31,138 nucleotides of DNA from Amoebidium appalachense (taxonomy: Eukaryota > Protista > Ichthyosporea). Shown here piece by piece: positions 11,860-23,677 of this stretch. A program made the translations under genes and the position numbers. Within the stretch, counting starts at the first letter, position 1. Every line of letters begins with the position of its first letter. The notes below the pieces were generated by a model. That model was not told where the DNA came from, ran no database searches, and saw only the letters and a program-made list of their open reading frames with translations. The DNA lies in assembly GCA_963693365.1 (NCBI GenBank), contig CAVNZM010000045.1, positions 1 to 31,138 on the forward strand, read 5' to 3'.

Positions 11860-12191
11860 GTGCCTTGTATTCTTTCTTCACCAGAACACAATGGAAATGA
11901 AAACGTACGTTGACTTTCTCGTTTTGGTGAATTGGTCCGTACCCTTCAACCTTTTGTATGGCTGGTACTACATGCAGTTTCCCGTAGACTCCATGTGTGT
12001 CACTTTTAAAATATACCAACCATGTGCCGTGTATTCTTTCTTCACCAGAACACAATGGAAATGAAAACGTACGTTGACTTTCTCGTTTTGGTGAATTGGT
12101 CCGTACCCTTCAACCTTTTGTATGGCTGGTACTACATGCAGTTTCCCGTAGACTCCATGTGTGTCACTTTGAAATATACCAACCATGTGCC
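11860..12191. repeat. Tandem duplication, 164-bp period, two copies
   Basis: gtattctttcttcaccagaacac...aaccatgtgcc starts at 11867 and 12031; nearly identical. Confidence 0.95.
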
Positions 12192-12776
12192 GGCACCCCA
12201 TCGATCTGTAGGATTGAAACAGTTGGGGAACTTAAGCGTTCCTGTTGCTAAACAGTAATGTTTCGGGTTTTTCAGTTGAATTGGAGAGAAACAGAGAAGG
12301 TAAATACTCTCTGAAATCGGTACGTAGTGCCATCAATTCTCCACCGTCAGCTGCCATGCTGAAACCGGATAGACTTTGAACTGAATGCGATGATCGCTAC
12401 GTTTTGTAGTTGGTGTATATATGCCAGAATAATAATTTATGACAGGTGCGGTTAAAGAGGAAACTGGGTTAACATTACGGGACCGTAGGAATGAATGTGA
12501 AATGAGGTTTGGGGGGTTCAGTCGTGCGCATGGAATTGCTTGATTAGGGGGTTCGGGGAACCATTGAGTTTTTGGCAGGGAGTGTGTGTGTATGTTACTG
12601 GTCACGATGAGGTGTTGGTGTTGTCCTGGTTTTCTTTTCTGTTTTGGTTGTTGGGCTTTTCTCCCCTCTTTTCTGTCTTTTGTTCATGTCCTTTTTTTGG
12701 GGAAGGTTGTGGACATAGGTGATTGAGGTTGCATGGCAGGTGTGTGATGTTCCAGAATGTGCGTTAATCGATGGGG

Positions 12777-12783
12777 TATAAAA
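12777..12783 (+). promoter_or_regulatory. Putative TATA box (TATAAAA) of the 12899 gene
   Basis: Canonical TATAAAAG about 120 bp upstream of the ATG. Confidence 0.5.
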
Positions 12784-12898
12784 GGGTGTGGGCAGTTTGT
12801 TATTGAAATCAGTTAGCAGTTACGCTTCCAATTCTTCTTCTTTTTTTTTTTTTCCCTTCTTCTTTTTTATTTTTATTGTTTCCTGAGAGTTTTTGAAA

Positions 12899-14191
12899 AT
12901 GGTGAATGCCGTGGTGAGTATGGGTGGGAGGGTAGTGGGACACAACAATACTACTATTTCCCTGGAACAAATTGTGGCAGTACCTGGTACTGGTTTCCGA
13001 GCGCAGGTGCAAACTTTTAAGTCAGAGGAAATGGAACAATGTCAAGTGGATACAAACGTTCTTGTGTTTTTTGAAGTGAAAAAATTTCTTCAAGCTGCTG
13101 CCGGATATGTGGGAGAGATGGATGGCCGGATGATTGGGATTACAGGTTTCCTTCCCAGTGACTCAGGACTGCCGGAAGCTACAGTAAGTGTCTTTCCCTT
13201 TCCCCTTCCCTTCTTCCTGGGTTCCCTTATTCCTTGCCCGCCGGGACCTGCTTTGCCTTTTGCTGGTTCTTTGGTCTTTTGACTCAGTGTCATGGCTTTT
13301 GCTGTTTAAATTGATTTTCTCTTTCGCCTCCCCAACCCCCTCCTCCCCCCTCCCCCCTCCCTCAGTCCCCTCAGTTGCCGGCTCCCCCCCCCTTCCCTCC
13401 CGGCCCCCACCTCTCGCGGCCCTTCCCAGGCCCTGTTGTTCTTGTTTTTTTCACATCCGTCATACGTCGGTGGGTTGCTGTTTCCCTTTCTGTTTGATAC
13501 GTAATTTGTGGTAGGGAGGGTTTCATATTTATTGGTTTTGGTAATGAGTTTACTTTTTGTTTACCTTTTGGCTGTTGTTTTCGAATTCCTTATCCCTCTC
13601 CTCTCCCGCGCCGCCCCCTGCCCTTGTCTCCCCGTCTCTCTCTCCCTCTTCCGTCTCCCTCCCCCCCCCCCCTCCCCCCCCCTCCCCTCCCTTCCTCCCC
13701 CCCCCCCCCCCCCCCCCCCCCCCCCGCGCTGTTCTCGAAATCTGTAAGTTCTAATCTTTTTATGACAGGAGTATCGAGTGTCGATTTCTGCGACGGGGAC
13801 AGTTGGCAGCTTGCGGAAAACGGGAGACATGGAAAAGTCGCATGATTTCAAGTTGAACGTGCCCGTTTCCGGTGGGGCGACGGTTTACACTGTCAAGTTT
13901 GATGATAACGCAAGTTATCACAAACGCGATGCTGTGACACAAAAACCGTCTGAAAGTGGTCCATTGACGTTTGAAAATGGGAAACTTGTGTCGGTGCATG
14001 GACTACTTCAAAGTGATTCCAGTGGCCCTGTCATTCGCGCGGGCAGTATTACGCCAATTTATCCCCCCAAGGAAACTTCTCGGCCACAGGCGTCAGCTGG
14101 AGGAGCTATGAAGCCAGCATATACCGGCACGCCAGCGGTTTTCAACCCGTATCTGAAAAAGAAGAAAGACTCGGAGAAACCTGAATGTTGA
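12899..14191 (+). CDS. Two-exon gene (12899-13183, 13769-14191), 235 aa, putative OB-fold ssDNA-binding protein
   Basis: ATG 12899; phase-0 donor GTAAGT at 13184; branch-like CTAAT and acceptor TTTATGACAG at 13768; the exons join in frame (..LPEAT|EYRVSISATG..). Exon 2 has an OB-like strand pattern: VSISATGTV..FKLNV..YTVKF..GKLVSVHGLL..IRAGSI. The gene structure is better supported than the function. Confidence 0.65.
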
Positions 14192-15075
14192 GATTTTTCA
14201 AGTATAGCATTGGTTCTGGATGTTATTATGTAAAGTCTCTGAATTGTAATATAGGGGCGCAGTACGAAAAGAAGTGGTGGGGTCAAGTTTAATGTATTTG
14301 ATAGATCAAGTTGTTTTTGTAGGTAGACATGTGTGGTGGTGCAGGAAAAAAGTTTTTTTTGTATGATGTAGTATTGGGATAGAGTTATTGAGTTATATTA
14401 ATTTTATGACAAAGATATGTTGAATGAGCCGGCTTGGTATGATATGATGTTTATGTGGTGAAAGAAGAGATTTGGGTTCGTTACAGGGTTTTCTAGGGTT
14501 GTGGTGAAAAAAAATATGCGTGATTTGTTTACATAAGTGATAAAGATTATAATTATTTTCAGCTGAAAGAGGGGGAAAGAAGTGAAAGGTTTGTATGAAA
14601 TGACGTTTAGTGGTGAAAAAAGTGGTTTGGGTTCGTTAGAGGGTTTGTTCAGGTTGTGGTGAAAAAGAAGATGCGGAAGGGGGAGAAGACCCGGGGGGGG
14701 GGGGGGGGGGGTTTCAGGAATATGGCTGTGATCTGATGTTTTGCCAAATGTATACCGTGATTGTTGTTGTCACTTACGTCTTATTTTGTATTTCTAAACA
14801 TGATTTGGCTGTGCGTGTTGTTTTTTTGGAGATTTGTGACTCGTTTACATATCTGAATAAAGATTTTTTATTTTCAGCTGGAATCTGAATTGTGGGACTC
14901 ATCGGCCGTTGCTGTTTTTCCCTTATACCTTGCTCTTCCCTTGTTGTTTGATTGCTCGTGCTCTTCCCGTTGCTTGCCCTGTTTCCCTGATCCCTTTCGT
15001 TCCCTTCCATTGCTGTTCCCTTCTCTTACCCGTGGTTTTTTCTTCCCCATTCCCGTTCTGTTTAAGCTTTTGTGG

Positions 15076-16306
<1,231 letters not shown>

Positions 16307-16485
16307 TGATGGTGGTGGTGGTGATAGTGATGGTGGTGGTAGTGGTTTGAGGGGAGGGGGGAGGGAGGGAGGGGAAAGAGCTGTTGATAAACACTCTCCC
16401 CACGGAAACAGAATGACTTTTTCTTTGCAGATGGGTGGCTATGTGCTGTCTAAAACAGAAATTGTGGAGTGGGGGTTCCACTCTC

Positions 16486-16846
16486 TTTGTACCGTGTGGG
16501 CATGTTTCATCCACTACGTGTACACCATTGAAAATTCAGAGTGGGTTTGCACTCTTTTGTACCGTGTGGGCATGTTTTTCCCATCAGGTGTACACCATTG
16601 AATCAGGTTTTCTGAGCGGAGACTCCACTGTTTTGTACCGTGTGGGCATGTTTTTCCCATCACGCGTACACCAGTTTGTACCGTGTGGGTATGTCTTCCC
16701 ATCACGCGTACACTACTTTGTACCGTGTGGGTATGTCTTCCCATCACGCGTATGCCATTTTGTACCGTGTGGGTATGTCTTCCCATCACACGTACACCAT
16801 TGAATCAAGGTTTGTGAGTGGGGATTCCACTCTGTTTGTACCGTGT
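16486..16846. repeat. Minisatellite with a ~42-bp core (tttgtaccgtgtgggYatgtYttcccatcacgcgtacacca), ~7 copies
   Basis: Core at about 16486, 16557, 16632, 16675, 16717, 16759, and partial at 16835. Periods are 42-43 bp or ~71-76 bp. Confidence 0.9.
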
Positions 16847-16899
16847 CCACAACGTGTACAAATCATATTCACGAGGTATAGGAGAAAGAGAAGAATGTC

Positions 16900-17312
<413 letters not shown>

Positions 17313-17607
17313 TCTACCACCTACACACTCATGCACTCACCTATGAACGACCCTGCCCCTTCCCCCTTGCCTTTTCCTTCGTCCCTCCCCCCCCCCCCCC
17401 CCCCCCCCTCTCCCCCCCCCCTCCCCTCCCTCCTCCAAGAAAAAAAAAAAAGAAAAAAAAAAAAAAAAGAGTGAGGTACGCTTTCCCACCCACCCATCCA
17501 CTATCCTACCCAATTATTCACCCACCTATGGCTATTAGACTGACTTGTTCCAGTAATGTATTTACATGGAAAAAGGCCGCAATTCTTCAAAGTGTTGGCA
17601 ATAGGGA

Positions 17608-19386
17608 TTAACAGTCATGTGCATTGCTATTGCTCTTACTGTGGAGGACACAGGTGGACCGTAATGTGTGACTGCAGGGAAAGCAGGATGCACTGTGTGA
17701 ACAAGAATATGCGTATTTGCAACGGCACAGAATAGTGTGATATCCTAGATTTTGACTGTGGCCTAAATCCCCCATACAACGATAGAGAAGGGGGTCGTAT
17801 GTTTCACCAAAATTTGTTGTTAACCAAATATCATAGGGACCATCGTGGATAGCTTGGCTAAAAGCTTGCTGACGGTGACGCATTTTAGTCGCAACAGAAC
17901 CTAAAACCCTACTCCCGGTGATATCAATGGCGTGCTGTAAAGCTGTTATGTGGGGGTTATGAATGTTCTGGTGCTCACGTGACGTTTGAACCGCATTTCG
18001 AAGCATTTCAGGTGTTATTTGCCCGATGAGTGAACGGCTCTGCTCCGGCATGAGTCTAGCAGTGAGGCGAGACGAAAAAAGTGATTGGTGCCTAGCAAGA
18101 ATGTCAAGTGCCACGAACACGAATGCTCGATGTGCACCAAAACGGCCCCCTCGGAGGTTCAGTAAGTGACAAATATCTCGTTGGAAAGTGGACCCTACCG
18201 GACCACCTATGCCAAGGGGAAACAAACTTGGGTAAGAGCCCGCCATGAGTTTTTCTAACTCGTAAAAATCCGTTATCGGATCGGTTCCTGCTGGGATGTT
18301 CAAACAACTTCCGGTTTCGTTTAGTAAATCTGCTGCTGTGCGTGCTCGGTGCTCTTTCTGTACATTGGAAGTTCCCTCCGTATCAATCAACCCTGAGCCG
18401 TGTACAATCATTACCGGAGGTTCACTGGGCATTTCCGTTTCCGTTTCTTCCGATGTAGCCTGCACACAGTTCAGAACCGGTTCCAGAATACTGTTCTCCG
18501 GATACTGAAGCAATGCATCCGTGTCGCACATTACGTTGATGTAACCCTCAAGTCTATTGTACTTGAACAGGTCACGTAGACACGTCTCTATATAAGGCCG
18601 TCGAACCACAAACAGCTGAGACGCATATACACATGCACGCGCGGAAAAAAGCACCACTATGTTCCCTGCGGTATCTGCAGGAACACGGGGCAGTTTCTGC
18701 GCCACTCCACCTGGTGATTGAGGAAGAGTAATGAGGTGTCCTTTCATTGCCCAATATTGTGTATCTTCAAGGAAGTAGGGCGACGATAAAGGGCACAGGT
18801 GAATAGAAGACCGGTAAAGAGCAACAGCTCTCTCTTCTGCAAACGACAGGTTCCCAAACTTATTCAGTAGCCACTGGCAATCCGGTCCCAACCATTTAGG
18901 TCCGGCTAATGCGTAAAATGGAGTGTGTCCTTTTTTCAATGCGTTATTACATGTTTTGCAGATGCGTACCATAATGTTATCAGTGTGTTGTTCAAGACCG
19001 GCGACCTCAATCAAACAGCCAGTTTCCCGAAGTTCTGTGAGCAACTCAGCCCGTGAATCTAGCTCAGGCCAACGCTCAAACAAATCTGTTTGCTGATTGG
19101 TCGGTTGCAATAAAGAACTATAAACTTCTGCAAATTCAAGTGTTGAAATGCGCATAACACTCGAGTTCGGTACCAGCTCATCGCATACTGGACATGACAA
19201 GTGCATTGTATTTTCCGGACTTATCAACTCTCGGTAAATGTTCACTGATTCCTGCACAGTATTGGTACTAATGGCTGAGGGAAGGGATGTAGCCGTTTCG
19301 TGGATACTGTTCGTTGTCGTATCAGTCTCCCTTAAACGATATGCTAGTTGTTGCTCTCTTTCCTCCATATGATGTATCGCCTGCAC
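17608..19386 (-). mobile_element. Helitron Rep/helicase N-terminal fragment (DUF6570-like + Helitron_like_N-like), truncated
   Basis: CPVCD..ICKTC..ALKKG.TP.YALA..WLG..LSFAEER.VA..KGHLITLPQ..LPR..VRRPYI..L..N; YPSLFPLGIGG; RF..HRAFVFV; V.GS..R..GP..IWLT.N. These are typical Helitron motifs as I recall them. No HUH motif or PIF1 helicase follows. Confidence 0.85.
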
Positions 19387-19973
19387 GTGCCAAAAAGTGC
19401 AATCAGATACTACATCTTTGGGACTGGCACAATATCAACCATTTCTCTTCCGGGCATTTTCCCTTGCCTCTAATTTTTTTCTTCCGTTTATTATTCCCTC
19501 CTCCCCCCTCCCCCCTCCCTCCCTCCTTGCCCCCCTCCCCCCCCCCCCCTCCCCTTTCTCTTCTTCTATTCTGCTTTTTTTTCAAAATTGCCTCTTCCGT
19601 ATCGCGTTCTTTTCTGCCCCTTTCCTTCCCTCTCTCCTTTTCCTGTTTCTTTCTTTTTCCTTCTCGTTGTCAGTTTAAAAAGTTATTAAAATAATTATGT
19701 ATCAAGCTCAAAATTCCCTGCTCCTCTCATCTTCTATTTTTTCTTTCTTGCCTACCCCCTTCTTCACCCTTGAACTAAACGCCATTCCCACTTGTCCTCC
19801 CCTGTGTTTTTTTCGATTTTATTGTTCCCCAGTCCTTTTTTCCCTCGTTTCCCTTTTCCCCTCTGTTTCCCTTACCTGTCCCCTTCCCTTCCGTGTTTCT
19901 TACCTTTTCTGTTTTTTTTCCTGTCCTTTCCTGTCTTTTTTCTTTCCCGTTTTTTGGAAGGAAGTTTAAGGAG

Positions 19974-20011
19974 GATATCCGTAAAGCTCATAGATATCCG
20001 TAAAGCTCATA
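19974..20011. repeat. Perfect 19-bp tandem duplication (gatatccgtaaagctcata x2)
   Basis: Directly visible. Confidence 0.9.
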
Positions 20012-20394
20012 AACGGGAAACGAAAAACGAAGGGGAGGGGGGGGGGAGGGGTTTCAGAAAATTTGCGCATATCTTGCCTGCCCCTCCCCCCTTCCTTTCC
20101 CTCCCTCTGGTTTCAAAATCAACAATTCCTTACCCATTCCCCTTCCCTTGCAGTGTTTCTTTTCTGCTTTTTCCTTGCCCTTACTTTTCTTTCCCCCTTT
20201 TTTGGCAAAAAACATCGAAGCAAGTAAGAAAGCAGAAAGCCATGAACAAACTAAAAAGAAGTTGTTTATGCATAGAGCTCAGAAGCAAGAAACTCCCGAA
20301 GCAAAATAAGTAAAGACCAAAAGGCGAAAGAAAAATGTAAAATATACCTGATACTGTCATTCTCTTCCACGTGCGATTTCCTGTAATGTTGTAG

Positions 20395-20620
20395 CTCTTC
20401 TCTGTGTGTGTCTCTGTATTTCCGCGCATCTTCCCTATGCGCTTCCCTGTGCGTATTCCTGTAGTTCCGCGTATCTTCTCTATGTGTTTCCTTATACTCT
20501 CGTGCTTCTTCCCTGTGCGTATCCGTGTACTCTCGTGCTTCTTCCTTGTGTGTGTCCCTGTACTTTTGTGCTTCTACCGTGTGCGTGTCTCTGTACTCTT
20601 TTTCTTCGCTTCTGTGCGTG
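20395..20620. repeat. Degenerate ~32-bp minisatellite (ctcgtgcttcttccctgtgcgtatccgtgtac-like)
   Basis: About 6-7 imperfect units. Confidence 0.75.
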
Positions 20621-20789
20621 TTTTTGAAATGTTCATTATATTCGTGCTGTTTGGGTTTTATTTGTGGAAATTATTGACATAAATATTTTTCTGGGTAAAC
20701 ACGTAGGATGGGTGTTCGATACCAACCTAACCATGTAGGCTTCATTTTCGTGTTTTAGCAGTTAGCGGTTGGCTGCCCGCACACGGGCA

Positions 20790-20916
20790 CCAATTAGCCA
20801 ATCAAAACATCAGATACCACAGATCACTAGACCGAGTTATGATTGGCTCGGATCAGATTTCACATATCACTAGATCGATTTTGATTGGCTCAGATCGGTA
20901 GGCTTAGGTATATAAG
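20790..20916 (+). promoter_or_regulatory. Pol II promoter-like region: four CCAAT/ATTGG boxes and TATATAAG
   Basis: CCAAT at 20790 and 20798; ATTGG at 20842 and 20884 inside a duplicated ~32-bp block; TATATAAG at 20909-20916, ~120 bp before ATG 21033. Confidence 0.55.
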
Positions 20917-21032
20917 CACGACAGTTTTTAGCAGATCAGCAAGCTACAAACACATCTTCTGTGTTTAGCATCCACAGCCTTACAGCTATATATTCCTTTT
21001 CATTCTCCCTATCTTTCCCTACGCCGGTCAGC

Positions 21033-21625
21033 ATGCCGCCGAAAAAGCGCCAGGCCGCAGCCGCCGCCCCTGCCGCGGCACCTAAGCGCCAGACCCGCAG
21101 CGACCTCCGCCACAGGCTGACCAACGCTCCCGCGGACACTGACGCGCCTCCAGCGGCCCATACCACCACGGACCCGGACCCGCCGGCTACTCTCCCCCTC
21201 CACTCCTGAAGTCCCCCCTCAGGCCCCGCCGTCCCCGAAGATGACTTCTCAAGACGCCGTCCTTGCCGCCCTCACCGCCATCAGCACCCAGATGGCTGGC
21301 GTCCTGGCTGCTCTCACCAACCGCGACGCTCCCGCGCTCCCCGCCGCGCCCTCCACACCCGGGGAGGTTTCCCCGGGGCTGCATCTCGGCCCTGACCTAG
21401 ACCTACCTGCCCTGCCCGCGCCCCCCATCACAGGTGAGAACACTGGCGACATTCAGCCGGGCACACTCCCGCTTCCCCCCGCGGATGTGCTGGCAGATTT
21501 GCGTGCCAATCGTTTCGTCGACCTGTATAAGTTCACCCCCGCCGCCCTCCTGGCCCCATCCAAGAAAGGTCAGCATCTGCGCATGGCCGACGACGGCAGC
21601 ATCGAGACTTTTCGCCAAGACAAAC
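21033..21625 (+). pseudogene. Truncated gag-like ORF1, probably of a DIRS/Ngaro (tyrosine-recombinase) retrotransposon
   Basis: GC-rich Pro/Ala-rich ORF MPPKKRQ..., with one frameshift near 21195 in a C-run. Then PADVLADLRANRFVDLYKFTP..L..DDGSI, resembling the I..G.FVD...L.P motif of DIRS-type Gag. Cut at 21626 by an LTR end. Confidence 0.5.
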
Positions 21626-22502
21626 TGTTGGACATCGTGTTCATAGAAGCTAGTTCTAGTGCACGTTGTTCCTTCTGTAAGTCAGAAATGATTGCATCTT
21701 GTGCGGCCAACCTCTGCTCCAGTAGTTGGACTAGTTGCTGCAACTGTAAGTTGTCAGACATAGTGTCGTGTATGATGGGTAACTTGTCTATGTGTTTTGT
21801 GCACTGAAAACGACAGTAGAAAAGTGTAAATCAAACGTTCTGCTTCCCATGTTTGTGACATGGGAGGCACTGCTTTATATAGTCGTTGGCCACCTCATGG
21901 TGGCCTCGTGTGCACCCTGGTGGTGGGCCATGTACAGCATGGCCGAAAAGAGAGCACAATGAAAACAAGTCGTTAAAGATATAAAAGTTAACTGTGCACG
22001 TTGAGTGGCTAGTTAACTTGCACTAAAGCACACAAATAAACGTGTTTAACACACCAATTGCAGTTAAACGTAAATCTTACTTCACACAACTAAAAATATT
22101 CTGAGAATATCCGGGAATAAAGCACACTACCACTCTAAGAATAGAATCCTGTGGCAAATATAGACATGACATCATCTGAACCGGGAATATTAATTAATGA
22201 GCACAATTAGCACGTTGCTAGTGAAGCTCGTCATTGGTACAGTTTTGGCTCAAACATATAACTACCATATATGAATATGACCGTAAACAAAAGCTCTATG
22301 CACTCGAGTGAGTGTTGAAACAATTATTCAATTGCTCAGAAACTTTCTCTAACAGACATTGCTAGCCGGGAGTACCAGTGTACTCCAACACCCCTACTCA
22401 ATTGGATAATTGTGGTATGAATTAATGCAACTGAGCTCGAGTGCTTCAGGTGCACAAAATACAGACAATAAAGATTCCCCTACTCAATTTTAGTATGGTA
22501 CA
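21626..22502 (-). repeat. Left arm of an 877-bp inverted repeat: LTR-A (21626-22390) + PPT + 112 bp of internal sequence, minus orientation
   Basis: Reverse complement of 22800-23677 with several substitutions. LTR termini TGTTGGA...TCCAACA; PPT (cccctactcaa) at 22391. Confidence 0.93.
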
Positions 22503-22536
22503 ACCCTTGCCCCCCAGGCTACGGCTCCTGCATCAA

Positions 22537-22659
22537 CACTACATCAAGGAGGGCATCACGGCCGACAAGATGGAGGACATGTACCGCGACGCACACGAGG
22601 CCATCCGCGCCGACCCCATGCCCAAGAAGGAGGAGAAGAAGGACGTGCAGAAGGCCAAG
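22537..22659 (+). pseudogene. RPL5: Captured fragment of 60S ribosomal protein L5 (uL18), C-terminal region
   Basis: YIKEGITADKMEDMYRDAHEAIRADPMPKKEEKKDVQK matches the conserved eukaryotic RPL5 segment YIK..T.D.ME.MY..AH.AIR.(D/N)P...K.KK. GC3-rich codons fit a highly expressed host gene. Confidence 0.85.
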
Positions 22660-22802
22660 ATGTTCACCAAGGCCCTGTCTGCCTCTTTCTTCACCAAGGC
22701 CGTGGGGATGCTCAACATGTGCTGAGCACCCGTCATCAACCAACTGCGCCCTCATACTTCAGGGGGGGGGAGAGAGTTGCATCCGACTGTGCAACTACGT
22801 GT
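22660..22802 (+). mobile_element. 3' end of copia element X (MFTKAL..GMLNMC*, then a PPT-like G tract); inverted copy of 24656-24797
   Basis: Reverse complement of 24656-24797 apart from G-run length. Confidence 0.92.
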
Positions 22803-23677
22803 ACCATACTAAAATTGAGTAGGGGAATCTTTATTGTCTGTATTTTGTGCACTTGAAGCACTCGAGCTCAGTTGCATTAATTCATACCACAATTATCCAA
22901 TTGAGTAGGGGTGTTGGAGTACACTGGTACTCCCGGCTAGCAATGTCTGTTAGAGAAAGTTTCTGAGCAATTGAATAACTGTTTCAACACTCACTCGAGT
23001 GCATAGAGCTTTTGTTTACGGTCATATTCATATATGGTAGTTATATGTTTGAGCCAAAACTGTACCAATGACGAGCTTCACTAGCAACGTGCTAATTGTG
23101 CTCTCTTTTCGGCTATTCCCGGTTCAGATGATGTCATGTCTATATTTGCCACAGGATTCTATTCTTAGAGTGGTAGTGTGCTTTATTCCCGGATATTCTC
23201 AGAATATTTTTAGTTGTGTGAAGCAAGATTTACGTTTAACTGCAATTGGTGTGTTAAACACGTTTATTTGTGTGCTTTAGTGCAAGTTAACTAGCCACTC
23301 AACGTGCACAGTTAACTTTTATATCTTTAACGACTTGTTTTCATTGTGCTCTCTTTTCGGCCATGCTGTACATGGCCCACCACCAGGGTGCACACGAGGC
23401 CACCATGAGGTGGCCAACGACTATATAAAGCAGTGCCTCCCATGTCACAAACATGGGAAGCAGAACGTTTGATTTACACTTTTCTACTGTCGTTTCCAGT
23501 GCACAAAACACATAGACTAGTTACCCATCATACACGACACTATGTCTGACAACTTACAGTTGCAGCAACTAGTCCAACTACTGGAGCAGAGGTTGGCCTC
23601 ACAAGATGCAATCATTTCTGACTTACAGAAGGAACAACGTGCACTAGAACTAGCTTCTATGAACACAATGTCCAACA
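22800..23677 (+). repeat. Right arm of the inverted repeat: 112 bp of internal sequence + PPT + LTR-A (22912-23677, 766 bp)
   Basis: PPT aattgagtagggg directly before TGTTGGAG at 22912; TATATAAA at ~23422; ends TCCAACA at 23677. Confidence 0.93.

Noticed and set aside
12255-12330. Tiny 21-28 nt GT-AG introns
   Set aside because: Removing the first did not yield an open frame in my manual test; unsupported.
16486-16846. CRISPR-like array of ~30-bp repeats
   Set aside because: The 'spacers' resemble each other and are either ~12 or ~45 bp, the repeats are degenerate, there are no cas genes and the context is eukaryotic; this is a minisatellite.
21241-21807. 188-aa ORF as a single gene
   Set aside because: Chimeric: after 21625 it reads through the inverted LTR-A.
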